Positions 26,994-38,673 of a stretch of 64,000 nt of DNA are shown one piece after another. The DNA is taken from contig BQFW01000004.1 of NCBI GenBank assembly GCA_020891255.1, positions 1,364,001-1,428,000 of the forward strand, in the 5' to 3' direction. Below the pieces are notes generated by a model. It searched no databases. It was not told the DNA's origin and saw only the letters and a list, made by a program, of their open reading frames with translations. The DNA comes from Entomortierella parvispora E1425. Its lineage: Eukaryota > Fungi > Mortierellomycota. Numbering within the stretch: position 1 is the stretch's first letter; every line of letters begins with the position of its first letter. The position numbers and the translations under genes are program-made.

Positions 26994-28686
26994 TTATTTT
27001 CCCATAAGCATAGCCATGATGTTATCAATCTTAGATGAAGGTTTCTTAGTCTTTGGCTCTCTAGGCGGTAATGCATCTTTCTTAGCTTTCTTGGTCGATA
27101 TTGTTGGTGCCGGCGACGATTGGGATGATGGTGCTGTATCTTGTTCCGCTGTCGCTGCCGTGTCTGAGTTTTTGGGCTTTTTGGTAAGAGGCTTGGGGGC
27201 GCCAGCCTTCTGATCTGAAGAATCTGATGCCGACCTCTTGGCTGGAGTAGTTGATGAATCTGGTGAAATGTCGACAGAGACCTTTTTGACACCCTCACTT
27301 TCGGCTCTGGCAGACATTGATGACCCTCCTCGACCACCTCCTCGACCTCCACGGCCGCCCCTGAGTGAGCCACGTTCGCCTCTTAAGCTTCCCCTACCAC
27401 GACCACGGCCTCTGCCACGACCTCCACTTCCTGGTACTGGGGCAGTTCCTGGGTCGATCGTTTTGCGGTCCAATCCTTTCCTCATGATAAATGGTTTTCC
27501 CCAGCTCTCTGAAACCTTGACTTTTCTAGCAGTCGAGGCTAGTTCCGAGGGCGAAATCAATCCTGCCTTGACCTTCTTCTCGAATTCTCGTTTCCTTTTT
27601 GATTTCCTAGCTGGCGATTTTGATTCTTTTTGGTGGAGAGGCACATGGATGACTTTGTGCGCAAAAAAGGATCTCGCCTATAAAAAAAACCAAAAAAAAA
27701 AGGAGACAGACAAGAACAACAGAATTAGATTCAAAAAAGAGAAAGAAAGCGAATCTCAATCCTATACTTTTTTCATTCTGTCTGTCTAGTTCTTCATCAT
27801 CGAACACAATACGTTACCCAAGGAATAGCGGCTTGATCAAGAATTGTTTTTGCATCAATGGCGGAAGCAAAGATCTGTCTCATACGTTCTGATCCTGCAG
27901 ACTCATCCAAATCCTCACGATCATGGTGGACGTAGACCTCGACAGGCGCCTTGGGGTTCAAGACAACTATTGAGGTCGGGGTATCATCTTTATCGTCCGA
28001 TGTTGCAAACAGCCTAAACTCCATCATTTGTTCCTCTTCTTCCTGACCGGCCTCTGTTGTTTCGCCCATGTTTGATCCGCTGTTGAAAATGGATAGCTTA
28101 TTATCGACTGTTGACGAAACAGAGTTGTCGGACGAATCTTCAGTTGATGATCGGACTCCTTTGGACGTCGAAGCATCTAAGTAGAAAGTAGGTGCAGGCG
28201 AGTTTAGCATCCAGTTCCAAGCACGACTTGAGTTCCTAGACCCTTGCTCCCGAAAGTCACCTTTGATTTCAATCTCTCCCGCTAACTTTCCATAGAGTCG
28301 TTCCAAGATCGCTTTTGAATAGGCATCCTCTTCATCAGAAACGTCCTTGTGGTCCTCTTCCGAGTCGTTCTGCGAATGATCGTCATCCTGATCAAATCTA
28401 TTAGATTTCGAACTTGTACGGCCCTTCTTGGCCCCCTTGTGAATCGGTTGGTTGTTTGCATAGCCGCTGTTACTGTCGCCAAAAATGCTGGCCCTCGAGG
28501 AGAGGACTGTGTTGGGCTGAAGAAACGTGACAGCACTATGCTTCCTGTTTCCAGAAAAATGTCGATAGAAAAAAATAAAAGGAATTGGAAATGAAAAGGA
28601 ATAAGTGAGAGTGTCAGACATCGCCAAATAATAGAGTGCCATCGCCTACTACTGGTAGGCTCTTCTTACCTTGATTGAGCTGCCAT
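26994..28686 (-). CDS. Hypothetical protein, acidic N-half and Lys/Arg/RGG-rich C-half (possibly DUF2011-like, nucleolar), ~475 aa
   Basis: join(28686..28670, 28544..27818, 27677..26994) = 1428 nt in frame; EFRLF motif; RGRGRG tract. The family guess comes from one short motif only. Confidence 0.7.
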
Positions 28687-28936
28687 GAAGGTAGTGAGGG
28701 TGTGGGACAAGGAATGTGAAAGAAGCAAGCACCATGTCAAAAGGAAACGACAGAGATCATCACGTGCACCGCCACCAATTTAACTACTGGTCACCAAGCC
28801 ACAATCATAAACAGGTCACTCGTTGCCCTGACCGGAGAACCTGCATGCACCCTGGCTTTCTCGTCTTTCCCTTCATTGACACACGGACGACACCTTCTCC
28901 CCTCTCACGTCGCATTTCCACATTCCACAGCACGAC

Positions 28937-29974
28937 ATGTCTCTTCTCACCTTGAACCGTCTGGTCGCTCGTCTCGGCTTGACTGAATCCTCAGGTACAC
29001 GACAGCAACCACCTTCCTGACGATGTAACATCTCGGGAACTTTAGACACAACCAGGAACTGTTAATCAGCCATGGGCAGAAGCAGGGGAGATATTGCACG
29101 AGCAGGGACCAGCAATGACCCCAGGCCTGAGAGGAATAATTTGTCATAATAACAGAGACTTATGAAGCATGCTCACAAATGGACCAAGGAGCTTTTAACT
29201 TCAGGAACAGAGAAAAGAAAGATGTCCTACAATTGACTCTTACTCTCTGGATCAATGGGTCGTCCACTTCTGCAGGAGTCGCGCATTGGACAGAGGATCT
29301 CTTGCTACTCGATATTTGCACCGGAGTCCATAGTCAATGGAGGATTAGCTACCGCATAGACTAACGATTCTTGCTTCGTTTGGGTGCCATTCATGCAACA
29401 CAGCATTCACAAACCAGGTCCGTCATGCCAGTAAGAAAGCTGGAGGTTCGACCAAGAATAACAGAGATTCCGCCGGTCGTCGTCTCGGAGCCAAGAAGGT
29501 TGGAGGTAAATAACAGGAACCACCCAAGGAAATTTCCGAAAAAAAAAAAAGCTTTATCAGTGATCAATGTTTTGCAACACACGATCCAGGGTGCTAAAAT
29601 CGTTTGTCACTATAATGTTCATTTGTGAAAACCTAGGTCAACCCGTGATCCCTGGCAACATCATCTACCGTCAAAGAGGAACTCACTTTTACCCAGGAGA
29701 GAACGTCGGCATGGGCAAGGATCACACGCTATATGCTCTGGAGTCAGGCTGGGTTCAGTACTACCAGGACCCCGTCAAGGATAAGAAGTTCTGGAAGCGT
29801 ACCTATGTTGGCGTCACTCTCACCAAGGACCTCACCTTGCCCACACCCAAGGACGAGCCCAGGAGGAGGGCATTCCGCATGATTGATACCGCTGCTTACA
29901 AGCAGCAGTTGGAACAGACCCGGAAAGAGGCTCTCGAGGATTTGGCTGCCATGGAGAAGATGGTTCAGGCATAA
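28937..29974 (+). CDS. MRP7: Mitochondrial ribosomal protein bL27m
   Basis: join(28937..28994, 29404..29505, 29637..29974). Motifs [46 protein letters not shown]. Confidence 0.95.
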
Positions 29975-30153
29975 GGAGCAATACAATAGAATCACCCACA
30001 TTTATCAATACAAGCAGTTGCAACCCATTTCCTGGCTCTTCTTTACTTGTTTTTGTGTATTCGTTTTGTTTTATTTTTTACATGTGTTCAACAGCTTCTA
30101 TATTCTTGACCTGCAATTGCCGTTGTTGCTATTACGGGGGGTTTTTTTGTTCT

Positions 30154-32702
30154 TTAGAACCACAACAACTCGCTGTAGCGGGGAATGGGGTAGAACTTGT
30201 CGGCGGTCAAGACCTCGAGCTTGTCGGCAACGTTGCGAGCCTCGTTCAAGGCAGGCAAGACATTGGCGCAGGCAAACTTGGCCTCCTCAACGGGATCATC
30301 GCCGACGTGGTGCATCTTCTCGATGGCGCTGTCCAAGTGCGCAACGGCGATCTGGAGCTCCTTGACAACAGGAGTCAAGGCCTGGAGAGCAGAAAGTTCA
30401 GGGCTGGCCTCCTCACCGGCAATGCCGTTCAGCAAGTTGACAGTCTGAGCCAAAGATCCACGGTACTCGAAAGCAGCGGGCAAGATCTGGGAGGCAAGGA
30501 GAGTGCTGAGAGTCGAAGCCTCAACCAAGAGATCCTTGGAGTAACGCTCCTGGAGAATCAGGTGGCGAGACTGCAACTCAGACTCGGTGAAAATTCCAAG
30601 CTTGGTCAACATCTCAGAGTGAACAGGGTTCAAAAGCTGCTCAAAAGCCTCGGGGCTGGTCTTGATGTTGGGGAGACCGCGCTTCTCAGCCTCCTGGATC
30701 CAGGCCTCAGAGTAACCGTCGCCCTCGAAGCGAACAGCCTTGGTGGAGGCAATGAACTGCTTGATGACAGCAATCTTGTCAGCATCCGAGGGGTAGGGAC
30801 GGTCACCCATCTGCTCGCGCAGAGCATTGCTGACATCCTGGAGAGCAGAGGCAACGGCGGCGTTCAAAATGGTGACGGGGAAAGCAGGGGATTGCTTGGA
30901 ACCAACGGCACGGAACTCAAACTTGTTACCGGTGAAGGCGAAGGGAGAGGTACGGTTGCGGTCGGTCAAGTCACGAGCAATGCTGGGGAGGGAAGCAACC
31001 TTGACATCCAAAGCGGTACCACCGAGCTTGATAGTCTGCATCTCGGGAACAGAGAAGTTCTTGATAGGGCGAGACTCCTCAATGGAGTTCAAGACCTCGG
31101 TCAAGTGCTCGCCCAAGAAGACGGAAACGATCATTGGGGGAGCCTCACAGGCACCAAGACGATGTTCGTTAGAAGAGGACGCAATGGAGGTACGCAAGAG
31201 ACCACCGTGGTTCTGAACAGCGTGGAGAACAGCAACCAGAACGAGCAAGAAGCGGTAGTTGGTCTCGGGCTTGACAGTGGGGTCGAGCAAGTTCTCACCA
31301 CGGTCAGTGGACATGGACCAGTTGCAGTGCTTGCCAGATCCGTTGACACCCTTGAAGGGCTTCTCGTGGTAAAGAACCTTCAGCTTGTTCTTGTGAGCAA
31401 CCTTTGACAAAACATCCATGGTCAACAAGTTGTGGTCAACAGCCAACGAGGCCTCCTCAAAGATAGGAGCCAACTCGAACTGCTGAGGGGCAACCTCGTT
31501 GTGGCGAGTCTTGACGGGGACACCGAGACGGAAAAGCTCAAGCTCAGCCTCAGACATGGTGGCAAGAACCTTAGAGGGGATACGTCCAAAGTAGTGATCG
31601 TCCATTTGCTGATGCTTGGGGGGCAAGTTACCGACAAGAGTGCGACCAGTGTGCTTGAGATCAGGGCGAAGGGAGTAAAGGGAGCGATCGACCAAGAAGT
31701 ACTCCTGCTCGGTTCCAAGGGTGGTGAAGACGTGGGAGGTGCGGGGCTGAGCGCCGACGGGCACGGGATCAATCAAGTTCAAGAGCTCGCAAGCAGACTT
31801 TGCGATCGCGGATGTGGAGCGCAGGAGAACAGTCTTCTCGTCAAGAGCATCACCATTGTACGAGATGAAGACCGAGGGGATATAAAGGACTGAGGTACCG
31901 TGGGGACCCTCCTGGATGAACATGGGCGAGGTGGTGTCCCAAACGGTGTATCCACGGGCCTCAAAGGTGGTGCGCATACCTCCAGAGGGGAAGGACGACG
32001 CATCGGGCTCGGCCTGGAGTAACTGCGAACCAGAGAAGGCATCAATGGCAGTGACCTAGAACATTTTAAAGTGGATTGGTCAAGATCGATCCTTATCGTG
32101 AGTCCGATGATTGGTAGACAAAATGAATATGTCAGGGGACGTGGCCAGCTCCACTGTTTGCTGGGCCTTTACATCCTCCACTCATCTTTGTACCAGATCT
32201 AGGCACACCCTTGCTCTATCCCTGGTCGAGTTGGTCCCTTAGTCTGTCCTGATCAGTATCCAGATCCGATCCGTGTGTCCTGATATCAGCAAAGTGCAGC
32301 GGGGTGTTGCTTTCCCATCAATCTTACCTCCTCGCCGTTGGCGGAAAAGCTAGACTTTAATGAGAGGAAGGCATCGTGCTTCTCAGCGGTGGTGCCGGTC
32401 TGGGGCTGGAACCAGTGGGTGAAGTGAGTGGCACCACGATCCATGGCCCAGATACGGACAGCGTGAGCGATGGCATCGGCAGTGGACTTGTCAAGGGCCT
32501 GGCGACCGCGCATCTGCTTGAGGAAGGAGGCGTAGGCGGGCTTGGGAAGGGCCTTGGCGATCTGCTGGAGATGGAAGACGTTCTCGCCAAAGAGCTCGGA
32601 GGTGTAGACAGGCTTGCCATCGGCCTTGCGGGGATATGTGATGGAGCGAGTGGGACGGTTGATGTTGTCCTGGAGGGACTCGATGCGGGCCTGGTTTGCC
32701 AT
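30154..32702 (-). CDS. Glutamine synthetase type III (GSIII / GlnN-like), 758 aa
   Basis: join(32702..32328, 32055..30154). GSIII motifs HFTHWFQP, AEKHD, EPDASSFP, RTTFEARGY, GTEQEYFL, HNEVAP, HEKPFKGVNGSGKH, DRNRTSPFAFTGNKFEFR. Confidence 0.95.
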
Positions 32703-32828
32703 GGCGGGATATATATATGTACAGAAGAGAGAAGGGGAGAGAGATGGATAGGATACAGAGCAAGAGCAGAAACAAAAGAAGAAAAGTAAGAAAAGTAAAA
32801 AGAAAAAGGCATCCGGTGCTCCGCCGCC

Positions 32829-32835
32829 TTTTATA
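32829..32835 (-). promoter_or_regulatory. Putative TATA box of GSIII gene
   Basis: TATAAAA on the minus strand, about 130 nt upstream of the ATG. Confidence 0.5.
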
Positions 32836-33675
32836 GCAAAGGGCCGCCTCGGAGTGTAGAAAGATACGCACGCGAGGCGTGTGTCCGGGGACTTCTTCGA
32901 TGCTGTCACATGCCCGCACCAGCGCCGTGCAACGGGCGAGCAGTCACTTTGAGCGTGAAGAAAGTTTATCAACCCGTTGACTCTTTTTTTTTTTTTTTTT
33001 TTGTTGGTTCCTTTGAGATCCCGACAGTGTCAAAAAGTTTATCGCCCGTCAGAGATACGGGCGATAGACTGTCTTCCTCTCTCCGGATTGTATTGAATCT
33101 TGATAGCTACCTGCTGGTTTCTCCCCCGCTTTACTCTTGGCCTTGGCCTGGACTGGTCTGGTCTCTGTCTCTGTGTTTGTAGCCAAGCACCGGCTATTGT
33201 CGCTTTGGTTTGTTTGTTTGCTTCTGCTCTTGCTCTCGCTCTTCTCACCCTGTCCCCTGCCCTCCTCTCGTCCCTGATCTCCCCATGTCCCGCTGATTCG
33301 CTGCCTTTGGCCTGGATGTCCACAGTGTCCATCAGGTAAGCTCCGGGACCTACCTATCCACAACATGATTGCCCACTCCAGTGACAAGTAATATTTCTTC
33401 TGTACAGGAATCAGGCACTCACTCTGATCAATTCTCATCATCAATGTCGTGTGATGGTGTCAGTGTTGTCTGCACAACTATCGAGCCTGAGGGTGAAAAA
33501 GGCAGCATAAAAAAAACCTCGTCCTTATCTCTCCCCCGCATTTTGAAGATTCCTTTTAAGGAAACGGGTCCAGTTCAAAACTCAGCAGGTTCCTGAAGCC
33601 AAAACAAAGGGCAATGGCGGAAGCTCTCTTTTGCAGCGTGAGAATGACAGGGGCAAAGGGATTATATTATGATTT

Positions 33676-36600
33676 CTAGCTTTGCGTCGTCGACGTAGAT
33701 TCGCCTATTTGCGGCTGATTCCGCATGCTTTCTTGGAGTTGCTCAGTGCGTTGCTCCTTTTGGCCATCTTGCGTCTGAAGTTTACGTTGCAGAAGGTTGG
33801 TGATACTGTCAAACAGGAATTGGGAGAGACCATCAAAACCACAGGCTTCGAGATGATTCAAGTATCGAATCCTGTACTCTTCAAATTGAAGTTGGAGCCC
33901 GCCTTTGGAAATCATGTCCTGGAGTCCCGGTGATGATGCTGGCGCATTGAGTCGCTTCTCTGGTTGGACTCCATTGAGATCTTCTAAGGACTGTTATGAC
34001 ATGGAGATGTAAGAGGACAGTACAGGCACATGGATTCAAAGTGAAGCAGTAATAAACTTACACTCAAGAACCGTGCCGAGTATCCCGAGAGCGAAATAGA
34101 GTGAGTGAACGATAGCATGTTGTTTGCGCTAAGGCCACCGTCTACGCAAATCTTTTTTGTTTTCAATATTGTAGGCCTAAATGGACACAGCAAAAAGTAT
34201 CAGTCCTCCTTTCTCCAATGATCCAAGTCTCGCCCCTCTATATAGAGCCCCGAAATTACCGGTCAATCATGAATCCAAGGGCATTCTTGTCCGTCTTATT
34301 GAAAGCACGGTTTCTCCACAAAAAGTTGCAAAAGTCCATTACGAAACTGTTGAAGATAATCACATAATCGCGACTATAACCTGGAACTTCTGGCGGACCG
34401 GGCAGGGAAGACAAATCGGTAGGCATGGAAGACAATACCGACTGCTCGTACAAGAGTTGCTGCTCGTTCTCAAAAGTCTCGAAGGCTTTCTTGTACTGGT
34501 ATACAATACCACATATCCTGGAGACAGCCATGCCAGATGTTGAGAGAAAGAGTCGATATACAATCGCAGTGCTTGGAATGACCACAGCTAGTGGCAGATT
34601 GTAAGTGACGGTGAGCGATGACACAAGATCAAAGAACGAGAGAACTCCGTGTTGAATAGCGATATGATCAGATTCCAACTCCAAGGCCACGCTCGAGAGG
34701 TTGTCAACATGTGCTATGAAAGCCCGAATAGTCTGCATGTAGTCGACGTTCGACTTGAGATGTGAGATCAATCGTCGCCTAAAATGCATTGGAGGACATG
34801 TTAGTGGGTCACAGATCGATCAGCGAATGTCTTCCTATATCCTGCAAACCTACATTTCATGCACAGCTTGTTTTGACAATTGATGGTCCTTTCCAACTTT
34901 AAGATAGTCCTTCCATTTGAACTGCACCCACCGCTGAAGAAGCTTCGTGTAGCAGAGTATGAGCTCACCCTATGTTGTCGAGGTCAACACGTTACTATAA
35001 ATCATTATCGGATTATTAATGGTGACCTTCGAGCGAGAACTATAGAAGTAGCCTACCTTCCACACTGGTCCCATGAGATAGAAAGTTCCAAGAAGCGGCT
35101 GAAGAATATGAACATAGAGTTCTATCGGCGAAAGATAGGTTAGCATCGTCGATGAGGTGAAAAATTGATATATCGTCATTCGTACCTTCATAGCTGCGTG
35201 GCCGTAGGTACGTCAATAATACAAAAATCTCCTTTTGATGATCAACTCCATTCCATACCCGGAGGTAAGGAATCAAAAAGTTCTCCATGACGGGAAGCAA
35301 ATCCTAAGAAAAATTGAGGCGTGGATATTAGTTGCAGAACCACACAGCAACCAACTCCTTGGGTATACCAGGCTCCTTATTACCTTAATCATCATCGTAA
35401 GTTCGGCCACTCGACCAAGAATCGTCGAGAACCTAGCTTTCGTGACCTCAGTCTTCTCCTTCCAATACCAAAGATCCATTAGTTCTTGTCCAAGCCAATA
35501 ACTGATCCTTTCCACGATAGAGTGTGAAGGCTGCAAACAGAGAACATGCTGCAACAGTCGATTCGCAAGCACTGACGACAGCTGGTCAGGAAGCGTGAGG
35601 GTATCGATATGTGCCACAAGTGAGTCCAGTGAAGTTATCTGAGATACTGGTAATGACTTTTCCTGTAGACATAAAGCAACACGTTAGTCTGAGATGCCAA
35701 GTTTCATTCTGCAACATATTGGTTAGACAGCTTACGTCGGATCCCTTCCTGTAAATCGAGAATGCGTCGGGTATAGAACTATGAGACAATTTCTGACGTT
35801 TTGCCTACAACGTGGTACAGTCTGAGTGAGCATCATTATATAAAGGATATCACAGTCACATACCGAATTCTTACCCCGTTTCTCATTATAGGATCCTTCG
35901 ATCCGTGCAGTGACATAGTCTGGGATTCTTCAGCGAGATAGCCCCACCTATCCTGTAAAATGGCAATACTGTCGGCAATGCTCTGGTCTGGACATTTGAA
36001 TATCGTTTGGTTGGACAACTGAAGCGGCGTCAAGATCAGATCTGGAAAGTAGGTCTTGTAAACATGCAGGAGGCCCGTTAACGCTGGCTCCTTTCCTACT
36101 GCAATCTGGAGATCCAACCTAGTCACCACGTAGGATAGTGATTAGTTGTTACATCACACAGTTCTCCGTTCCAGCTCAATAAATCATCTCCTCGAATGAA
36201 TTACAGTTTCCGGATCCTGAAAGGTTTGACATCCTCTCGTTTGGTAAGATAATACAGAAGATGACAAAGAGGCACCCTATTAAACAAAGAAACGTTATTA
36301 CATTGTAATTATCAGCTCGTATTCCAAAGCGTCAATTCACCTTTTGACCTTCTTACCTTAAAGTTTCGAAGGTCAGATAATGAAAAACAGCACCGTAGAG
36401 CTGCTGAAGTTTTGTCCGACTGTCCAAAATATCGTAAACTAGAATCACCCATCGAATCAGCGCAGCCTTTGTAATTGAAAAGATATAGGCATAGTTAAGG
36501 CATTGTCAACAGCTGTTTTTCTGATCCAGCTCCGGAAAAGCACTCAAAAAACCAACGTACCTGGCTCGCATAGCTCAACTGCCTTCCAAGACTACCCAGG

Positions 36601-37205
36601 ACCTTGACCGCACACATCTCGGGGACGTGCTGGCGAGGTAGGAGAAGCTTTATCATCTTCCTTGCCGTGGTATCATCTATTTCCAATACAAGTCGCTCAT
36701 ATCCCGATCAACATTTACAACAAATAAATAAATAAATAGAACATCGTGTAATCGATGGTTCGTACCTAGTTTTCCTTTCAGAATGATATCCAGCATCTCT
36801 GTCAATTGATCGGGCGAGAGTCCAAAGTGTCGGATCAAGGGCTCCAATAAAGCCAATGCTCTTATCACTGCGGGCTTGCCTCCACGAACGCCAGCGTCTG
36901 AGAATTGAAAAGGGATATAAGGTTGAAGGTGTTAGACACGGTTATGTCGTCTCCAAAGTTCCTTGGACTGCATCCATGAATCGCTCGGGCAGTTACTTCG
37001 GCTGATTCTCTCCAATGCATTCTCCACGGATTCATTTGCCTCGTCTAGGGTCAATTCCGTGATGACTTGGTCTGTTGTTTCGGCCTCAGGGCTGTCTGTT
37101 TCAAGCAAGGAAATGAAATGGATTAGATGAACGGCGCTCCGCTAAAGGTGCATTCTCCATGATTCCTGCTACATCCATGCTACGCCATTGTCTACCTGAT
37201 GCCAT
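33676..37205 (-). CDS. CENPI: Centromere protein I (Mis6/Ctf3), multi-exon
   Basis: Spliced segments GLSPDQL..ILK, KLLLPRQHVPE..AVKVLGSLG, ALTGLLHVYKTYFPDL, LPDQLSSVLANRLLQHVL and FCNFLWRNRAF match the Mis6 pattern. The start at 37205 (ATGGCATCAG/GT) is inferred. Confidence 0.85.
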
Positions 37206-37322
37206 CGTGTGCTGAGGGTATAAATCCTAGATTGAGCGTTCGCGTTCTAATGGTGATTGAGTCTCTTGTTGAAGATGTGGCATGCATCGGTGCATGAAAA
37301 AATAAAACGTCCAGACGCGCTG

Positions 37323-37330
37323 GTCACGTG
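37323..37330 (+). promoter_or_regulatory. GTCACGTG E-box (Cbf1/USF-type bHLH site) in the CENP-I/BtuF-like bidirectional promoter
   Basis: Exact motif match. RTCACGTG also occurs at 28759, 45821, 48940 and 54465, all in promoter regions. Confidence 0.4.
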
Positions 37331-37416
37331 TTCAATTGTCCACTTCGACGGTGATGTACCTTTCGATCTCGCCTGCTTCTCCACATTCTCCGCCTCACCC
37401 CCCACACTTTGTAACC

Positions 37417-38636
37417 ATGCAGCGAATCGTTAGTCTGCTGCCTTCGGCCGCAGAAATTGTATGTCTGGTTACCATTCCATTGCTCCAGGAACAGGACATT
37501 TATTCTCAGAATGTACCTTGTGCGACCCCTTCGGCTCATACTCTCTCTGTCCTGTCCAATGATATTCTTTAGGTCTGCTTGGTAGGAGGCCAGCCCGAGA
37601 TGGTCGCCAGGAGTCACGAAGGTATCAATCATGCATAATCCTCTGGTGCCCATAGCTCGAGAAGCACTAGCACATCTGCAGAGAGACTAACCTCTGTTTC
37701 TTAACGCATCAAAAAGACGACTTTCCTGCCACAATCAAGCACTTGCCAATGTTGACGGAAGCCAAGACACACTTTACTACCTCGGCTGACGTTGACCGTC
37801 AAGTATCCGAGGCTCTTTCCGCAGGAACCAGTCTTTACGAGCTCGATGTTGATCAGCTCAAGGCACTTAAGCCTACAGTCATCGTGACCCAAGATCTTTG
37901 TAACGTTTGTTCCATCGACTTGGTCTCTGTTCAGCGAGTTGCCAGCAAGATGAACCCCCGCCCCGAGATTGTCACCCTGAACCCAACCTCGATCCATGAG
38001 GTCATGGAGAGCATCACCACTGTTGGTGAGGCAATTGGCCATTCCGAGGGTGCTGCTAAGGTCAGAGCTGAATTGGAAGGAAGGATTCAAAAGTGCAAGG
38101 ACGTGGTGGCGGATATCAAAGCAAAGAACCCCGACTACAAGCCCAAGAAAGTAATGTTCTTTGAGTGGACAGACCCAATCTATCCTGCAGGACATTGGAC
38201 CCCTGAAATCATCGAGTTTGTAGGAGGTGTACATCCCATCAACCGTCCAGGCATCCCCTCGTAAGTGCTTATCAATTGTGATCGACTTTATTGCTTTGGA
38301 AAAAATGGTGAGGAGCTAACTCATCCAACCCTGTACTTTGCGTTCAGTAAACGTGTGTCCGTTGAGTCTGTTGTGGCTACTGAGCCAGACGTGATCATCA
38401 TCTGCCCATGTGGTTTGGACATGCCAGCAACTCGCAAGGAATATGATTTCTTGATGGAGAAGGAGTGGTTCAGGGATCTGTCTAGTAAAGCCACCACCGT
38501 GGCTCTCGTCGATGGCAATCAAATGTTCAACCGCAGTGGTCCTCGTCTGGTCGAGTGTACAGAGTGGCTCGTCATGCTGTTGCATGACCGTCCCGACTTT
38601 GAGCCCGTGGACTTTCCATGGGAAAGAGTGAAATAA
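37417..38636 (+). CDS. BtuF/TroA-like periplasmic-binding-protein-family protein (cobalamin/Fe-siderophore SBP fold), no signal peptide, 307 aa
   Basis: join(37417..37458, 37573..37621, 37717..38260, 38348..38636) = 924 nt. Motifs RIVSLLPSAAEIV, ARSHE, LKPTVIVTQDLCNVC, EWTDPIYPAGHWTPE, PDVIIICPCG, FNRSGPRLVE. Confidence 0.9.
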
Positions 38637-38673
38637 ACACACAACTTTACTATCCTTGAACTGCCTCTTTTTA

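Noticed and set aside
30055-31407. 450-aa plus-strand ORF (and 31432-31893)
   Set aside because: Antisense shadow of the codon-biased GSIII gene, with no recognisable motifs.
35842-35850. ATATCCTTT as a U12-type (AT-AC) 5' splice site in CENP-I
   Set aside because: It lies inside an ordinary GT-AG intron (~35874-35805) that already restores the frame (NG-AKRQKL).
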